Assembly: GCA_039586795.1 (NCBI GenBank)
Contig: JBDHJS010000037.1
Span: forward strand, 1 to 35,201
Length of the DNA: 35,201 nt
Reading direction: 5' to 3'
Source of the DNA: Gemmatimonadota bacterium
GTDB taxonomy: Bacteria; Gemmatimonadota; Gemmatimonadetes; Palauibacterales; KS3-K002
How positions within the stretch are numbered: position 1 is the stretch's first letter; each line of letters starts with the position of its first letter. A program made the translations under genes and the position numbers. This document shows positions 25,285-34,662 of this stretch, one piece after another. The notes under the pieces were generated by a model. That model made no database searches. It worked only from the letters and a program-made list of their open reading frames with translations, and was not told the origin of the DNA.

Positions 25285-26715
25285 CTAGGCGCCACCGTTC
25301 GGCTGGATATTCTGGTTGAGCCTGAAGAAGTTGTCAGGATCGTACTTGTTCTTCAGCTCGACCAACCGATCGTAGTTTGAGCCGTAGGCCGCGCCCACAC
25401 GCTCGAGTTCGTCATCGGGCATGAAGTTCACGTACACGCCGCCAGTCGCGAACGGCGCCGAGCGATCGAAGAATTCTCGCGCCCACGAGACGCACATTTC
25501 GTCTTCCGCGGGATCTTCCCAACGCGTGTGGACATTGAGCACGAACTCGGCATCTCTGTGGGTGTACGCCGTGGCATCGGCCGGAACGCGGCCCACCGCT
25601 CCTCCCAGGTGCGCGACGAAGATCTCGCACTGGTCGGTGGGTAGTTTGCCGGCGTACTCGAGGAGAATATCCAGTGCGTCATCGCTTAGCTCGGTGAAGT
25701 CGTGCGACTTCCAGTAGTTGCGTGAGCCCGGTGTGAGTAGCGGATCAAACGCCGCCTGGAAGTCGATGAAGTTGTGTGGAGCGATCGCGTCGGCAATCGG
25801 ATTGCCGATCGCCCGCAAACCCGCCATTGCCGCTTCGCCATCCGCCATGTCGCCATTGTACAGAGCTGCGATCACCAGGACTTCTTTCCCGTGCACGTCC
25901 TCCGGCAAGAACGGCAGCGGCGGCGCCTTGCGCAGCACCACCCAGACCGTGAGCTCTTCGGGCACCGAGGCCACGAACTCCCTGTACTGGCGCAGGACGT
26001 CAGCCGCGTCGTTGAACGGATGAACGATCAGGCCGGCCAGCACCTCGGGACCGACCGGGTGCAAGTTGAACTCGAACGACGTCACGATCCCGAAGTTGCC
26101 GCCACCGCCGCGGATCCCCCAGAAGAGGTCGGAATTCTCGCTGGCACTGGCGGTGACCTTCTCTCCTGCAGCCGTGACCACATCGGCCGAGATCAGGTTA
26201 TCGATGGTCAGGCCGTGTTTGCGGCTCAGCCAGCCGAACCCACCGCCGAGGGTGAGGCCGGAGATTCCGGTGGTCGAGTTGATGCCTATGGGCAGTGCGA
26301 GGCCGTGGGCCTGCGTCGCCGCATCGATATCACCCAGCGTGGCTCCCGGCTGCGCCCGCGCCGTACGATTGGCCGTGTCGACCTCAACCGAATTCATCCC
26401 AGACAGGTCGATCATCAAAGCACCATCGGCGATCGAGTTACCCGCGATGTTGTGGCCCGCGCCGCGGACCGAGGTCAGCAGGCCGTTCTCTCTAGCGAAG
26501 CCCACGGCTGCTGCAGCGTCGTCACCGCTTGCACAGCGGACGATCAATGCCGGGCGTCGGTCGATCATAGCGTTCCAGATGGCACGCGTTTCGTCATAGT
26601 CGGCCGAACCGGGCGCTAGCAGTTCACCTTGGATCGCCGAGGCGAGCCTGGCCACCGCATCAGCGCCAACGCTGGTCTCGCCTCCGTTGATGGCTCGGAA
26701 TGTGAGATTAGACAC
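25285..26715 (-). CDS. FAD-binding oxidoreductase, berberine-bridge/6-hydroxy-D-nicotine oxidase-like
   Basis: WNAMIDRRPALI, RGAGHN (covalent-FAD His position), GLTLGGGFG, RGGGGNFGIV and the C-terminal KYDPDNFFRLNQNI (BBE domain). GTG start at 26715 after AGGAGG. Confidence 0.94.
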   Translation of the reverse strand: MSNLTFRAINGGETSVGADAVARLASAIQGELLAPGSADYDETRAIWNAMIDRRPALIVRCASGDDAAAAVGFARENGLLTSVRGAGHNIAGNSIADGALMIDLSGMNSVEVDTANRTARAQPGATLGDIDAATQAHGLALPIGINSTTGISGLTLGGGFGWLSRKHGLTIDNLISADVVTAAGEKVTASASENSDLFWGIRGGGGNFGIVTSFEFNLHPVGPEVLAGLIVHPFNDAADVLRQYREFVASVPEELTVWVVLRKAPPLPFLPEDVHGKEVLVIAALYNGDMADGEAAMAGLRAIGNPIADAIAPHNFIDFQAAFDPLLTPGSRNYWKSHDFTELSDDALDILLEYAGKLPTDQCEIFVAHLGGAVGRVPADATAYTHRDAEFVLNVHTRWEDPAEDEMCVSWAREFFDRSAPFATGGVYVNFMPDDELERVGAAYGSNYDRLVELKNKYDPDNFFRLNQNIQPNGGA

Positions 26716-27008
26716 GACTCCTCCTGTTGTTGGGCTGCTTCTCGTCACGACGCACGGTCAGGACGCACTACGTTCGTGAAGACGCAAGAGCGTTGAGCAA
26801 GTATCGGCGAGGATACAGCCCGGGTGCCGGGCATAGGACGGAACCCGCGAAAGCGGGCCGGCACGAGGTGCTCCAGACAGCTCGGGGGCAACAAGCTGAT
26901 CATGGACTCCTTGGGGCTAATAACCACGCAACGAGGACAGCCGGGAAGATGCGGCGGATGGCCCGAGATGACAAGTGGGGTCCGGCTGGCCGCGTGGCGG
27001 TTCTTGCC

Positions 27009-27722
27009 CTAGGGTACGTCCATGTTGCGCAGGCGCCGGATCGTCAGCAGCAAGAAACCGGCAAACACGACGATCGAGGCGACTATCGCAAACCCCAAGC
27101 TCACATCATCGGCCTCTACAAACCGCCGTTCGTCGAACCCGTGCATCCAGGCGATCGAATAGTAGCGGACGCTCAGAAGCCGTACTCCCGATACGAACCC
27201 CGAAAAGAATCCTTCCCACAGGACGATGTACAGCAGACCGTACCCGATTACCCAGGCGGTCTTGAGGCCGAGCCAGATAAAGGCCGAAGAATAGAGCACG
27301 ACCCCGATCGTGGCGGAAGCGGCGACCGCGACCGCCGCGTTCAAGTCTGCGCTGAACGCTATATAGCCGGTAAAGAACCCGCTGATGGCCATGAACGGCC
27401 CGGCGACGGAGATCGCCGCGAGCAGTTTGGGCACAGCGATCTGCCAGCGGGGGATGGGAGAGAGTGTCAGGTTCGCGAGCGTTCGGTCCTCCAACTCGTT
27501 CGCGAACGCGGCACTCGCGATGGCAAGTACGACCAGTGGTGAGATCGCGCCGGCGAGGATTCCGCTGAGCACACCGTCCTCGAACTCCTGGACGGTCGCT
27601 GCGCCGGTGCTGCTAACCATCAGCAACGCAATCACCACGGGCAACGACGCGAGCACGGTCAAGATCAGCAGTCGCCATTTGCCGGACAGCTGGCGCAGCG
27701 TCAGGTAGAAAACGGAACTCAT
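27009..27722 (-). CDS. ABC-2 type transporter permease
   Basis: About 6 TM helices; ELEDRTL.NLTLSPIPRWQI..PK motif; starts 2 nt after the ATPase stop. Confidence 0.88.
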   Translation of the reverse strand: MSSVFYLTLRQLSGKWRLLILTVLASLPVVIALLMVSSTGAATVQEFEDGVLSGILAGAISPLVVLAIASAAFANELEDRTLANLTLSPIPRWQIAVPKLLAAISVAGPFMAISGFFTGYIAFSADLNAAVAVAASATIGVVLYSSAFIWLGLKTAWVIGYGLLYIVLWEGFFSGFVSGVRLLSVRYYSIAWMHGFDERRFVEADDVSLGFAIVASIVVFAGFLLLTIRRLRNMDVP

Positions 27723-27724
27723 CT

Positions 27725-28654
27725 TTAGCGCTCCACCAGATAGCCGAAAACGCTTTCCAGCGAGTCGTCGAGTGGCTCAACTCGGCGCAAGCTGATCCCA
27801 GCCGATTGCGCCAGACGCGGCAGTTCGACCTGGAGGTCACGCACGTTCCTGCTAAGCACGACGACTGTGCCATCGGGATCGACATTGACGGCCTCGACAG
27901 AGTCGAGCTGAACGACGGCTGCAGCCAATTCGCGAGGCGCGTCGGAAACCACCAACACATGATACGGTCTCTCGTCCAGTGCTACCCGAATCGCGCGAAA
28001 ATCTCCCGACGCAGCCAGCTTGCCATTTACGACGAGCAGTACGGTGTCCGCGACCTGCTCCACCTCCTCCAGAATGTGCGATGAGAGAACAATGGTCCGA
28101 CCTTCCGCAGCCAACTTCCGAAGCAGGCTCTGGAAATGCACTCGCTGCCTGGGATCGGCCCCATTCAACGGTTCGTCGAGAATCAAGACCTCTGGATCGT
28201 GTACCAGCGTTGCGGCCAGTCTCATCCGCTGCCGCATTCCTCGGGAATATGTGCCCAGTCGACGATCTGCGGCGTCGGCCATATCCACGGAAGCGATGGC
28301 CTTTTCGACCGCGCTCTCGTCCTTCACGCCCCTGAGGCGACCCATCATCCTCACGAAGTCGCGGCCCTTCATGAACCCATAAACCGTCTCGTGCTCCGAC
28401 ATCACACCTATTCGCCGGTACAACGGGGGGTTGTCGCGGACCGGTTCGCCAAACACCGTCACAGTTCCGTCGGAAACGTTGGCCAGGCCCGTGATAACTC
28501 GGAGCAGGGTCGTTTTGCCTGCCCCGTTCGGGCCTAACAAGCCTGTGATGCCCGGCCCGACGTCGAACGTCACATCGCTTACCGCGACAACGCTCCCGAA
28601 CCAACGCGATACGTGGTCGACCCTAATTACGGGCGCTACACCGGTCGTGGTCAC
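27725..28654 (-). CDS. ABC transporter ATP-binding protein
   Basis: GPNGAGKTT (Walker A), YSRGMRQR (signature), ILDEP (Walker B) and SSH. The GTG start at 28654 overlaps the upstream TGA (GTGA). Confidence 0.93.
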   Translation of the reverse strand: MTTTGVAPVIRVDHVSRWFGSVVAVSDVTFDVGPGITGLLGPNGAGKTTLLRVITGLANVSDGTVTVFGEPVRDNPPLYRRIGVMSEHETVYGFMKGRDFVRMMGRLRGVKDESAVEKAIASVDMADAADRRLGTYSRGMRQRMRLAATLVHDPEVLILDEPLNGADPRQRVHFQSLLRKLAAEGRTIVLSSHILEEVEQVADTVLLVVNGKLAASGDFRAIRVALDERPYHVLVVSDAPRELAAAVVQLDSVEAVNVDPDGTVVVLSRNVRDLQVELPRLAQSAGISLRRVEPLDDSLESVFGYLVER

Positions 28655-29562
28655 GGGGTCAACCGCCGATAACGCAGCCACAGAACGCCTGCGGGGACGA
28701 GTGTCCACAAGAAGAACCAGCTGACCAGGATCCACGCAGGTAGCTCCGCTGCGGGCGCCTCACGCGTGATGAAACTGGGCTCGCCGAAGATCACGTCATT
28801 CACGTGAACCGGGATGTTGCTCAGGTTGAACATCGAGATCCACTGACCCGCCGTTCCACCGATCTCCATAGCTAGACCCGTGGTGAACGGCGTCGTGATG
28901 ACGAACAACCCGACGAGGAAGACGGCGGCGTACGCGCGTCGTGTCGTGAACGCTGCAACAAGCAGCGCCAATGTCGTGGTGTACGCGGCGAGCGGGATCC
29001 CCGCGGCGAGGAATCTCGGAATATCGAGCCAGTTCTGGAGCAGGTAGTCAACCGGCTGCGGGTCGCCCATGATCAGTCCGATCAAAAGGATGACCTGCGG
29101 CAGCCAGGCAACCGCCACCATCACCATAAAAAAGGCGAGCCAACGAGAGAGGACGTAGTCGGATCCGGTTAAGGGTCGCACCAGGTAAAGATTGATCACA
29201 CCCTCGCGCCTGTCCGGGCACAACAGTTCCGGTGCGCCGACGGCAGCGAAAACGAAGAAGATGATCGACGCGATTCCGTAGTAATCGGAGTGCGAGGGAA
29301 GGTTCAGTTGTTCCGCGCCCTCGGGGCCGATGAGTCTGTCCGCCGCCCCAGCGACCAGGGCCATGATGACAGCGATGAATACCAGCACCCCGATGAACAG
29401 CCACGGGAGAACCTTGGGAAGCACGCCACGGCCAAATCCTAACGAGGTCCGCACGCCGTTCTTGATTACGGAAAGCCGGGCGCGGTTCCGTCCTTCGCGA
29501 GGACCGGTATAGCTCTGGTACCCGATGTCAAAGACGGTACCTCCGCGAGGGCTATTTGTCAT
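28651..29562 (-). CDS. ABC-2 type transporter permease
   Basis: VFDIGYQSYTGPR N-terminus, DRREGVINLYLVRPL motif, multiple TM helices; ATGA overlap with the upstream ATPase. Confidence 0.88.
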   Translation of the reverse strand: MTNSPRGGTVFDIGYQSYTGPREGRNRARLSVIKNGVRTSLGFGRGVLPKVLPWLFIGVLVFIAVIMALVAGAADRLIGPEGAEQLNLPSHSDYYGIASIIFFVFAAVGAPELLCPDRREGVINLYLVRPLTGSDYVLSRWLAFFMVMVAVAWLPQVILLIGLIMGDPQPVDYLLQNWLDIPRFLAAGIPLAAYTTTLALLVAAFTTRRAYAAVFLVGLFVITTPFTTGLAMEIGGTAGQWISMFNLSNIPVHVNDVIFGEPSFITREAPAAELPAWILVSWFFLWTLVPAGVLWLRYRRLTP

Positions 29563-30482
29563 GACACCGCGCTCCCAAACTCTTCACCGTCACGCTGGAA
29601 CAACTCGGTCAGCGCCCGTCGGCAGGGCGCCATCCTACGTAACGGGGCTTTTGCCTCCACCAACGCATCTCTCACCTGGTCGTAGACCGATTCGTCGGGC
29701 CCCTCGATGTAGAGTCCGTGACCGTCGGAGGTTACTGCGATGCCGCGTTGCTCCAAGGCCCGGATGAGAGGTTCACGGTTGTCATCTACTTCGATGAACA
29801 CCGTTTCGGTTTCCTTCGTGAAGTGTTTGACTTCGCCCGACTGGACCAGTCGACCGCTTTGAAGAACCATGATCCGGTCACAACTCCGTTCCACATCGGC
29901 CATCAGGTGCGAGGAGAGGAGTATGCTGATTCCGAACTCTCGGTGCGTCTTGCGGACGAGGTCGAGCATCTCTTCACGTCCCGCCGGGTCGAGTCCGGCG
30001 GTCGGTTCATCCAAAAACACGAAGGTAGGGTCGTGTACCAGTGCCTGGGCGAGCTTGACGCGCTGCTTCATTCCTGTGGAGTAACCACCTATCGCTCGAT
30101 AGCGTTCTTCAAACAGGCCCACGTGTCTCAACGTGTCGGCGGCGCGTGTGCGCGCGTGTGACGGTGGAAGACCGCTCACCTCCGCCATATGGCCGAGAAA
30201 CTCGGTGGCGCTAACATTGCTCGGCAGACAGTCGTGCTCCGGCATGTACCCAAGGCTGGCACGTACAGCGATGCTTTCGGAGGCGTTCTGGCCCAGCGCC
30301 TTTGCCGAACCGGACGTCGGTCGAATCAAACCCAGAAAGAGCTTGATGGCTGTACTCTTGCCCGCACCGTTCTCACCCAGTAGGCCGGTGATGCCGTCCG
30401 AGATCTCGAAGCTGACGTCGTCGAGCGCCACAACGCTCTTGTAATGCTTCGTCAGGTTCTCGGCGGTGAGCATCACTCTCAT
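29559..30482 (-). CDS. ABC transporter ATP-binding protein
   Basis: GENGAGKST, YSTGMKQR, FLDEPT and SSH. ATG at 30482 lies 1 nt after the Sel1 gene stop (alternative ATG 30473). Confidence 0.93.
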   Translation of the reverse strand: MRVMLTAENLTKHYKSVVALDDVSFEISDGITGLLGENGAGKSTAIKLFLGLIRPTSGSAKALGQNASESIAVRASLGYMPEHDCLPSNVSATEFLGHMAEVSGLPPSHARTRAADTLRHVGLFEERYRAIGGYSTGMKQRVKLAQALVHDPTFVFLDEPTAGLDPAGREEMLDLVRKTHREFGISILLSSHLMADVERSCDRIMVLQSGRLVQSGEVKHFTKETETVFIEVDDNREPLIRALEQRGIAVTSDGHGLYIEGPDESVYDQVRDALVEAKAPLRRMAPCRRALTELFQRDGEEFGSAVS

Positions 30483-30483
30483 G

Positions 30484-31392
30484 CTATTCACTCTCACATG
30501 CCTCTTCATACCCAAGTCTGCACGCCCGGCGTAAGAGCGATGCGGCGAGTGCCGGTTGCCGAGGGACACCCGCGCCATTCTGATACAGGACCCCGAGGCT
30601 GTAGCAGCCCTCTGCATGTCTGCTGTTGCAGGCTCGGCGATACAGGTTGGCCGCTTGTTCGAAGTCCTGAGTGACGCCTACGCCCGTCGCGTACAGGTCA
30701 CCGAGCTTGAAGCAGCCTGCCATCTCACTGCCGTCGCAGGCCTGTTCGTAGAGCTCAGCGGCTCGGGCGGGGTCCAGATCGACACCGGCTCCGCTGGCAT
30801 AGGACTCGCCCAGGTTGTAGCAACCGGCCATCTCATCGGCGTCGCAGGCTTGCTGAAAGAGACCTGCGGCCCGAGGGAGGTCTCTAGTGGCGCTCACGCC
30901 AGCTCGGTACATGAGCCCCAAGCTGTTGCAGCCCCTCATGGACTCGCCCTCACACGCTTCTTCGAACAGCTCGAATGCGAGACTAAGGTCCCTGTCCACG
31001 CCAACGCTGTCATGATAGGCCTGTCCTAGCTTGTAGCAGCCCTCCGCCTCATCGCCATCACAGGCGCGCCGGTACAGGCTGATCATGAGGTCCAGGTCCC
31101 CCACGATACCCATGCTATCCTCGTGCATTCGACCAAGCCTGTAACAGCCCTCCGCCACGCCACCATCACAGGCCTGTCCTAGGACTTCGGCGGCGAAGAC
31201 GAAGTCTCTCAGGACGTGATCGCCCTCAACGAGCCTGCGGCCCAGCTCGTTGCAGTCCGCCGCGTTGCCACCCTGGCACGAGAGCCGCAGCTGCTTGGCC
31301 TCCGGATTACAGGCCAGCAGGGCGACAGCCGCCATGGCGAGCAGGATCCTGCCTGCAAAGGCGCTAAAAGGTCGGGCGGTGATCTCGGACAT
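30484..31392 (-). CDS. Sel1-like repeat lipoprotein (cysteine-paired, Hcp-like)
   Basis: LLAC lipobox; about seven 36-aa repeats of the form GCYxLGxxYxxGxGVxxDxxxAxxLYxxACD. Confidence 0.9.
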   Translation of the reverse strand: MSEITARPFSAFAGRILLAMAAVALLACNPEAKQLRLSCQGGNAADCNELGRRLVEGDHVLRDFVFAAEVLGQACDGGVAEGCYRLGRMHEDSMGIVGDLDLMISLYRRACDGDEAEGCYKLGQAYHDSVGVDRDLSLAFELFEEACEGESMRGCNSLGLMYRAGVSATRDLPRAAGLFQQACDADEMAGCYNLGESYASGAGVDLDPARAAELYEQACDGSEMAGCFKLGDLYATGVGVTQDFEQAANLYRRACNSRHAEGCYSLGVLYQNGAGVPRQPALAASLLRRACRLGYEEACESE

Positions 31393-31491
31393 GGCCGTAG
31401 ATAATAGGAATCCTCCGAAAAAAAGCGAACCGGCTGGCTCAACTACGGACTGGAGGGTTGCGCGGTTTCGCGTTAGACGTTTGGACCTGTC

Positions 31492-32193
31492 TTAGAAAGG
31501 GTTTGTCGCGAAAACCGAGAACTCGGGGATGAAGCCACGATTGTCGACCTTCAAGGCCCCGATGATGGCGTCGGCGATCTCCTGGGACCGCAGCTTCTTG
31601 GCGCTGGCTTCCTGCTGACGGCCGAGCTTCGCCTGGAACTCGGTCAGCACTTCGCTGGGGTTCACCAGCATGACGCGCACGTCTGACCGCCGAAGCTCGT
31701 CACGCCAGCACTCGGTCATCCCACGCAACGCGAACTTCGACGAGCTGTACGCCGTGCTCCCGCGTCCGCCCTTGAGTCCCGACGTCGAAGAGATGTTGAT
31801 CAGCTCCCCACTGCCCTGCTTCACGAACTGCCGCGCCGCCTCACGCGCCATGAGGAACGCGCCGAAGACGTTCGTACGGTACACGCCCTCCAGCTCCGCC
31901 ATCTCCATCTCGACGAGCGGCTTGAAGACCCCGTAGCCGGCGTTGTTGACCAGGATGTCGAGGCGGCCGTGCTTCGCAATCACATCGGCTACGGTGCGCA
32001 CCGCATCGGCCTCGATCCCGACGTCGCCCGCGATCCAGTCGACGCCCATCTCATCGGCGGCGGCTCGCAGAGGCTCTTCGCGCCGGCCGGTGATCGTCAC
32101 GAGGCCTCCCTCGTACTTCAGAGCCTCGGCGATGGCTCTGCCGATACCCTCACTGCCACCGGTGACAATCGCGACTGCGCCCTTTAGGTCCAC
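31492..32193 (-). CDS. Short-chain dehydrogenase/reductase (SDR)
   Basis: TGGSEGIG, NNAG, catalytic S and YSSSK; AGGAG SD before GTG. Confidence 0.95.
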   Translation of the reverse strand: MDLKGAVAIVTGGSEGIGRAIAEALKYEGGLVTITGRREEPLRAAADEMGVDWIAGDVGIEADAVRTVADVIAKHGRLDILVNNAGYGVFKPLVEMEMAELEGVYRTNVFGAFLMAREAARQFVKQGSGELINISSTSGLKGGRGSTAYSSSKFALRGMTECWRDELRRSDVRVMLVNPSEVLTEFQAKLGRQQEASAKKLRSQEIADAIIGALKVDNRGFIPEFSVFATNPF

Positions 32194-32245
32194 GGGAAGC
32201 TCCTAGGAGTTGAGTTGGAATAGAGGGCCCGCCGTTGGCGGGACG

Positions 32246-32340
32246 TTCCGACAGCCGACAGCGGACAGCCGTCGCTCGACGTCTGAATCCTGTTCGGCGA
32301 TCGACTTCCGAGTTTCGACGTTCGCGTTCGACGTTCGGAC
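32246..32340. repeat. Imperfect heptamer tandem-repeat tract
   Basis: ccgacag-ccgacag-cggacag-ccgtc ... tccgagt-ttcgacg-ttcgcg-ttcgacg-ttcggac, in the intergenic gap between the lipoprotein and SDR genes. Confidence 0.55.
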
Positions 32341-32348
32341 CCTCTGGC

Positions 32349-32686
32349 TCACGGTGCGCACTGTACACTGAAGGACAGGGTTATCGACTGCCCGGCCACG
32401 ACGTTGGCGTTCTCGTGATTGCTCGCGGTGACCGCGCAGTTGGTCGCCACGTCGGTCAGCAAGACCGAAAATGATCCCGGGCTCTGGTCCGAGAACGTGC
32501 GTGACGCGTTGGCGCCAATCGTCCCCGCCGCAGAGCCGTCGATCGAGACCCCGTAGCTGTCATCCAGCGCGTCCCCCGTCGTCGTCGCCTGGAAGACGAT
32601 GCTTCCGGTCGCGGGAGGGTTGGTACCATCGTCGTCTCCGCAAGGACCGTAGTGAACAGCAAGAAGTACGTTCTTCGCATAATCAT
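32349..32686 (-). pseudogene. Frameshifted small lipoprotein (signal peptide and mature domain in different frames)
   Basis: AAGGAAG then ATG gives MIMRRTYFLLFTTVL. At about 32642 the -1 frame continues CGDDDGTNPPATGSIVFQATTTGDALDDSYGVSIDG...TNCAV...FSVQCAP-stop. Confidence 0.7.
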
Positions 32687-32804
32687 GATCTCTTCCTTGC
32701 AGGTTTCGTCCCACAGTCAAAGAAGATCGCTGAAGTGCCATGGCTGGAGATGGCGGGAACGACACGCATGGATGTCAACCTGGAACTCGATCCGGTACAA
32801 GATA

Positions 32805-33689
32805 TCACCGGCTCACGTCTTCCGATCGGGGCGCCGATCCTGCATAACCGGTCACGACACGCACCGGGAACGGCTCTGTCACGCTACCCGTGTAGAGCGT
32901 TCGGTGCGGGAACGGGATTTCGATGCCATGCTCGTCGAACGCGGACTTGATCTCTTCGTTGATCGAGTTCCGGAGTGCGAGGAAGTTCTCGCGCTTCGCC
33001 CAGACGGAAAACTGCAGTTCGAGGGCTGAATCCCCATAGCCTTTATAGATGAACAACGGAGCCGGCTCCTCGAGGCACAGGGGATTCCGGTCCGCGACGT
33101 CGAAGAGAATCTGGCGGACACGTTGGGTGTCCTCTTTGTAAGCGACCCCAATCTGTAGATCGAGTCGGCGGATAGGGAATCGCGTGAGGTTCACGATGGT
33201 GGCATTGATCATCTCCGAGTTTGGCACGCGCAACATCAGATTGTCGAACGTGCGGACTTTCACCGAGAGCAGGTCTACGGAAATGACGGTGCCCACCCGA
33301 CCGTTGACGTCAAGCAGGTCGCCGACCACAAAGGAGCGCTCGGCGATCAAGAAGAACCCGCTAATGAGATTAGAGACCGCCGTCTGTGACGCGAAGGCGA
33401 TGGCCACCGAGAGGACCCCGGCGGCACCAAGAAGCACACCGACCTTGAAGCCCAGCTGATGGAGCGCCGATGTGACCACGAGCGCCAGCAGAACGTAGTA
33501 AGTCAACCGCTTCACCAGCATGACTTCCTGCGCACTCAAGCGCCGCCGTAGCCCCCGTGCGGCCGCTCCGCTTGCGAGCCGGGCCACCAGGAGCCCGACG
33601 ACGAGGATGAGTGCGGCGCGCACGATGTCCAGTACCCGGTCAGTTGCCAGAAGATCTGACAGGCCAAGGTTACTTAGAAATTCACTCAC
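32805..33689 (-). CDS. mscS: Small-conductance mechanosensitive channel family protein
   Basis: Three TM helices, LLGAAGVLSVAIAFASQTAVSNLISG, F.VGD, RTFDN...VPNS and IEIPFPHRTLY. The GTG start at 33689 overlaps the upstream stop. Confidence 0.92.
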   Translation of the reverse strand: MSEFLSNLGLSDLLATDRVLDIVRAALILVVGLLVARLASGAAARGLRRRLSAQEVMLVKRLTYYVLLALVVTSALHQLGFKVGVLLGAAGVLSVAIAFASQTAVSNLISGFFLIAERSFVVGDLLDVNGRVGTVISVDLLSVKVRTFDNLMLRVPNSEMINATIVNLTRFPIRRLDLQIGVAYKEDTQRVRQILFDVADRNPLCLEEPAPLFIYKGYGDSALELQFSVWAKRENFLALRNSINEEIKSAFDEHGIEIPFPHRTLYTGSVTEPFPVRVVTGYAGSAPRSEDVSR

Positions 33690-34485
33690 GGCCCTTACCG
33701 CCTTTCTTGACGAACAGCTGTCCGAAAGCGTCAAGTAGAAAGCCCTTCGACATCTCTTTCCGTGGCCCTGCGATGCGTTGGGTGACCGCGATCTGCGTAG
33801 GCTTGTTATCCAGCTTGACGTTGGTGCCTTCCGCTGGTCTTGCGTACTCGAGCGTGAGGGCCTCCGTCCACAATTGGCCTTTGTCCGAAGCGAACAGCGA
33901 GAGAAGTGCCACCGGTACTTTGAGCTTCTCGATCAACAGCACCGACTGCGCGCTGTTCCGAATGCGCACGGCCGAGATGGCTTGGTGGGGCCTGCGAGGG
34001 AGATCCTCGAGGTGAAGCCTGGCGCTTGTTTGCAGGGCGTAGCATAGCTCACCGGTCATGGTGTCTGGACCAAACCACGTATCCGAGGGCCTATATATGG
34101 GTGTATCCATCAGCTCCTCTTCGCGCCCATCCAAGTACACCTGAACCCAGAGAGGAACCGACACGTAGAGAGTTGTTTCTTCCCTGGTCGGTACGAAGAA
34201 TGGTTGAGTGGTCTTCACCACCACGTCGAGGTCGGGGAGTGCCGGCGCGAGGCGAACTGATCGATTCCCGCTCCGGCTCGCGAACCGCTTGAAATCAATG
34301 TCATCGCCGGCAGGTTCATCCGACGGCTCGGCAATGACCAGCCGGTCATCGAGGCGGTCCTGCCCGCCAGCGCTCCCGACTCTCCACTCGTTGTCACCAC
34401 GCGTGACCCAGAGAGTCTTGGGACCGAGTTGCCAGCGCAGGGTTTGATTTGCGGCAACCTCATACTCGCCCCACCAAACGTCCAT
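33682..34485 (-). CDS. Conserved hypothetical protein, DUF432-like, coupled to mscS
   Basis: 267-aa ORF with TLYVSVPLW and RPSDTWFGPDTMTGELCY motifs; overlaps the mscS start. Confidence 0.72.
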   Translation of the reverse strand: MDVWWGEYEVAANQTLRWQLGPKTLWVTRGDNEWRVGSAGGQDRLDDRLVIAEPSDEPAGDDIDFKRFASRSGNRSVRLAPALPDLDVVVKTTQPFFVPTREETTLYVSVPLWVQVYLDGREEELMDTPIYRPSDTWFGPDTMTGELCYALQTSARLHLEDLPRRPHQAISAVRIRNSAQSVLLIEKLKVPVALLSLFASDKGQLWTEALTLEYARPAEGTNVKLDNKPTQIAVTQRIAGPRKEMSKGFLLDAFGQLFVKKGGKGRE

Positions 34486-34662
34486 AGACGTCAGCCTTTC
34501 ATTACTCTGATCGGATCACGTGATAGGCGGTGGAATAATCCCGCCGTACTCTCGTCCGACAACAGGTTTCAGGGATTCGTCGCCCAGGTCGATAGCTCCG
34601 GGATGAATCCCCTATCATCCATCTCGAGGGCGGACTTTATGGCGTCCCCGTGCGTGCACGAC

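Noticed and set aside
26823..26865. GNRA-capped hairpin (CCCGC-GAAA-GCGGG) inside GTGCCGG/CCGGCAC
   Set aside because: It is on the strand opposite the flanking genes, and I could not match it to any ncRNA or intron domain; it is plausible by chance at this GC content.
30484..31392. Roughly 108-nt periodic DNA repeats as a possible CRISPR array or repeat element
   Set aside because: They are fully explained by the 36-aa Sel1 protein repeats; there are no identical direct repeats with unique spacers.
31437..31478. attC-like pair on the minus strand (GTCTAAC...GTTGAGC)
   Set aside because: It is only about 42 nt, has no internal palindrome or L boxes, and there is no integrase or second site in the window.
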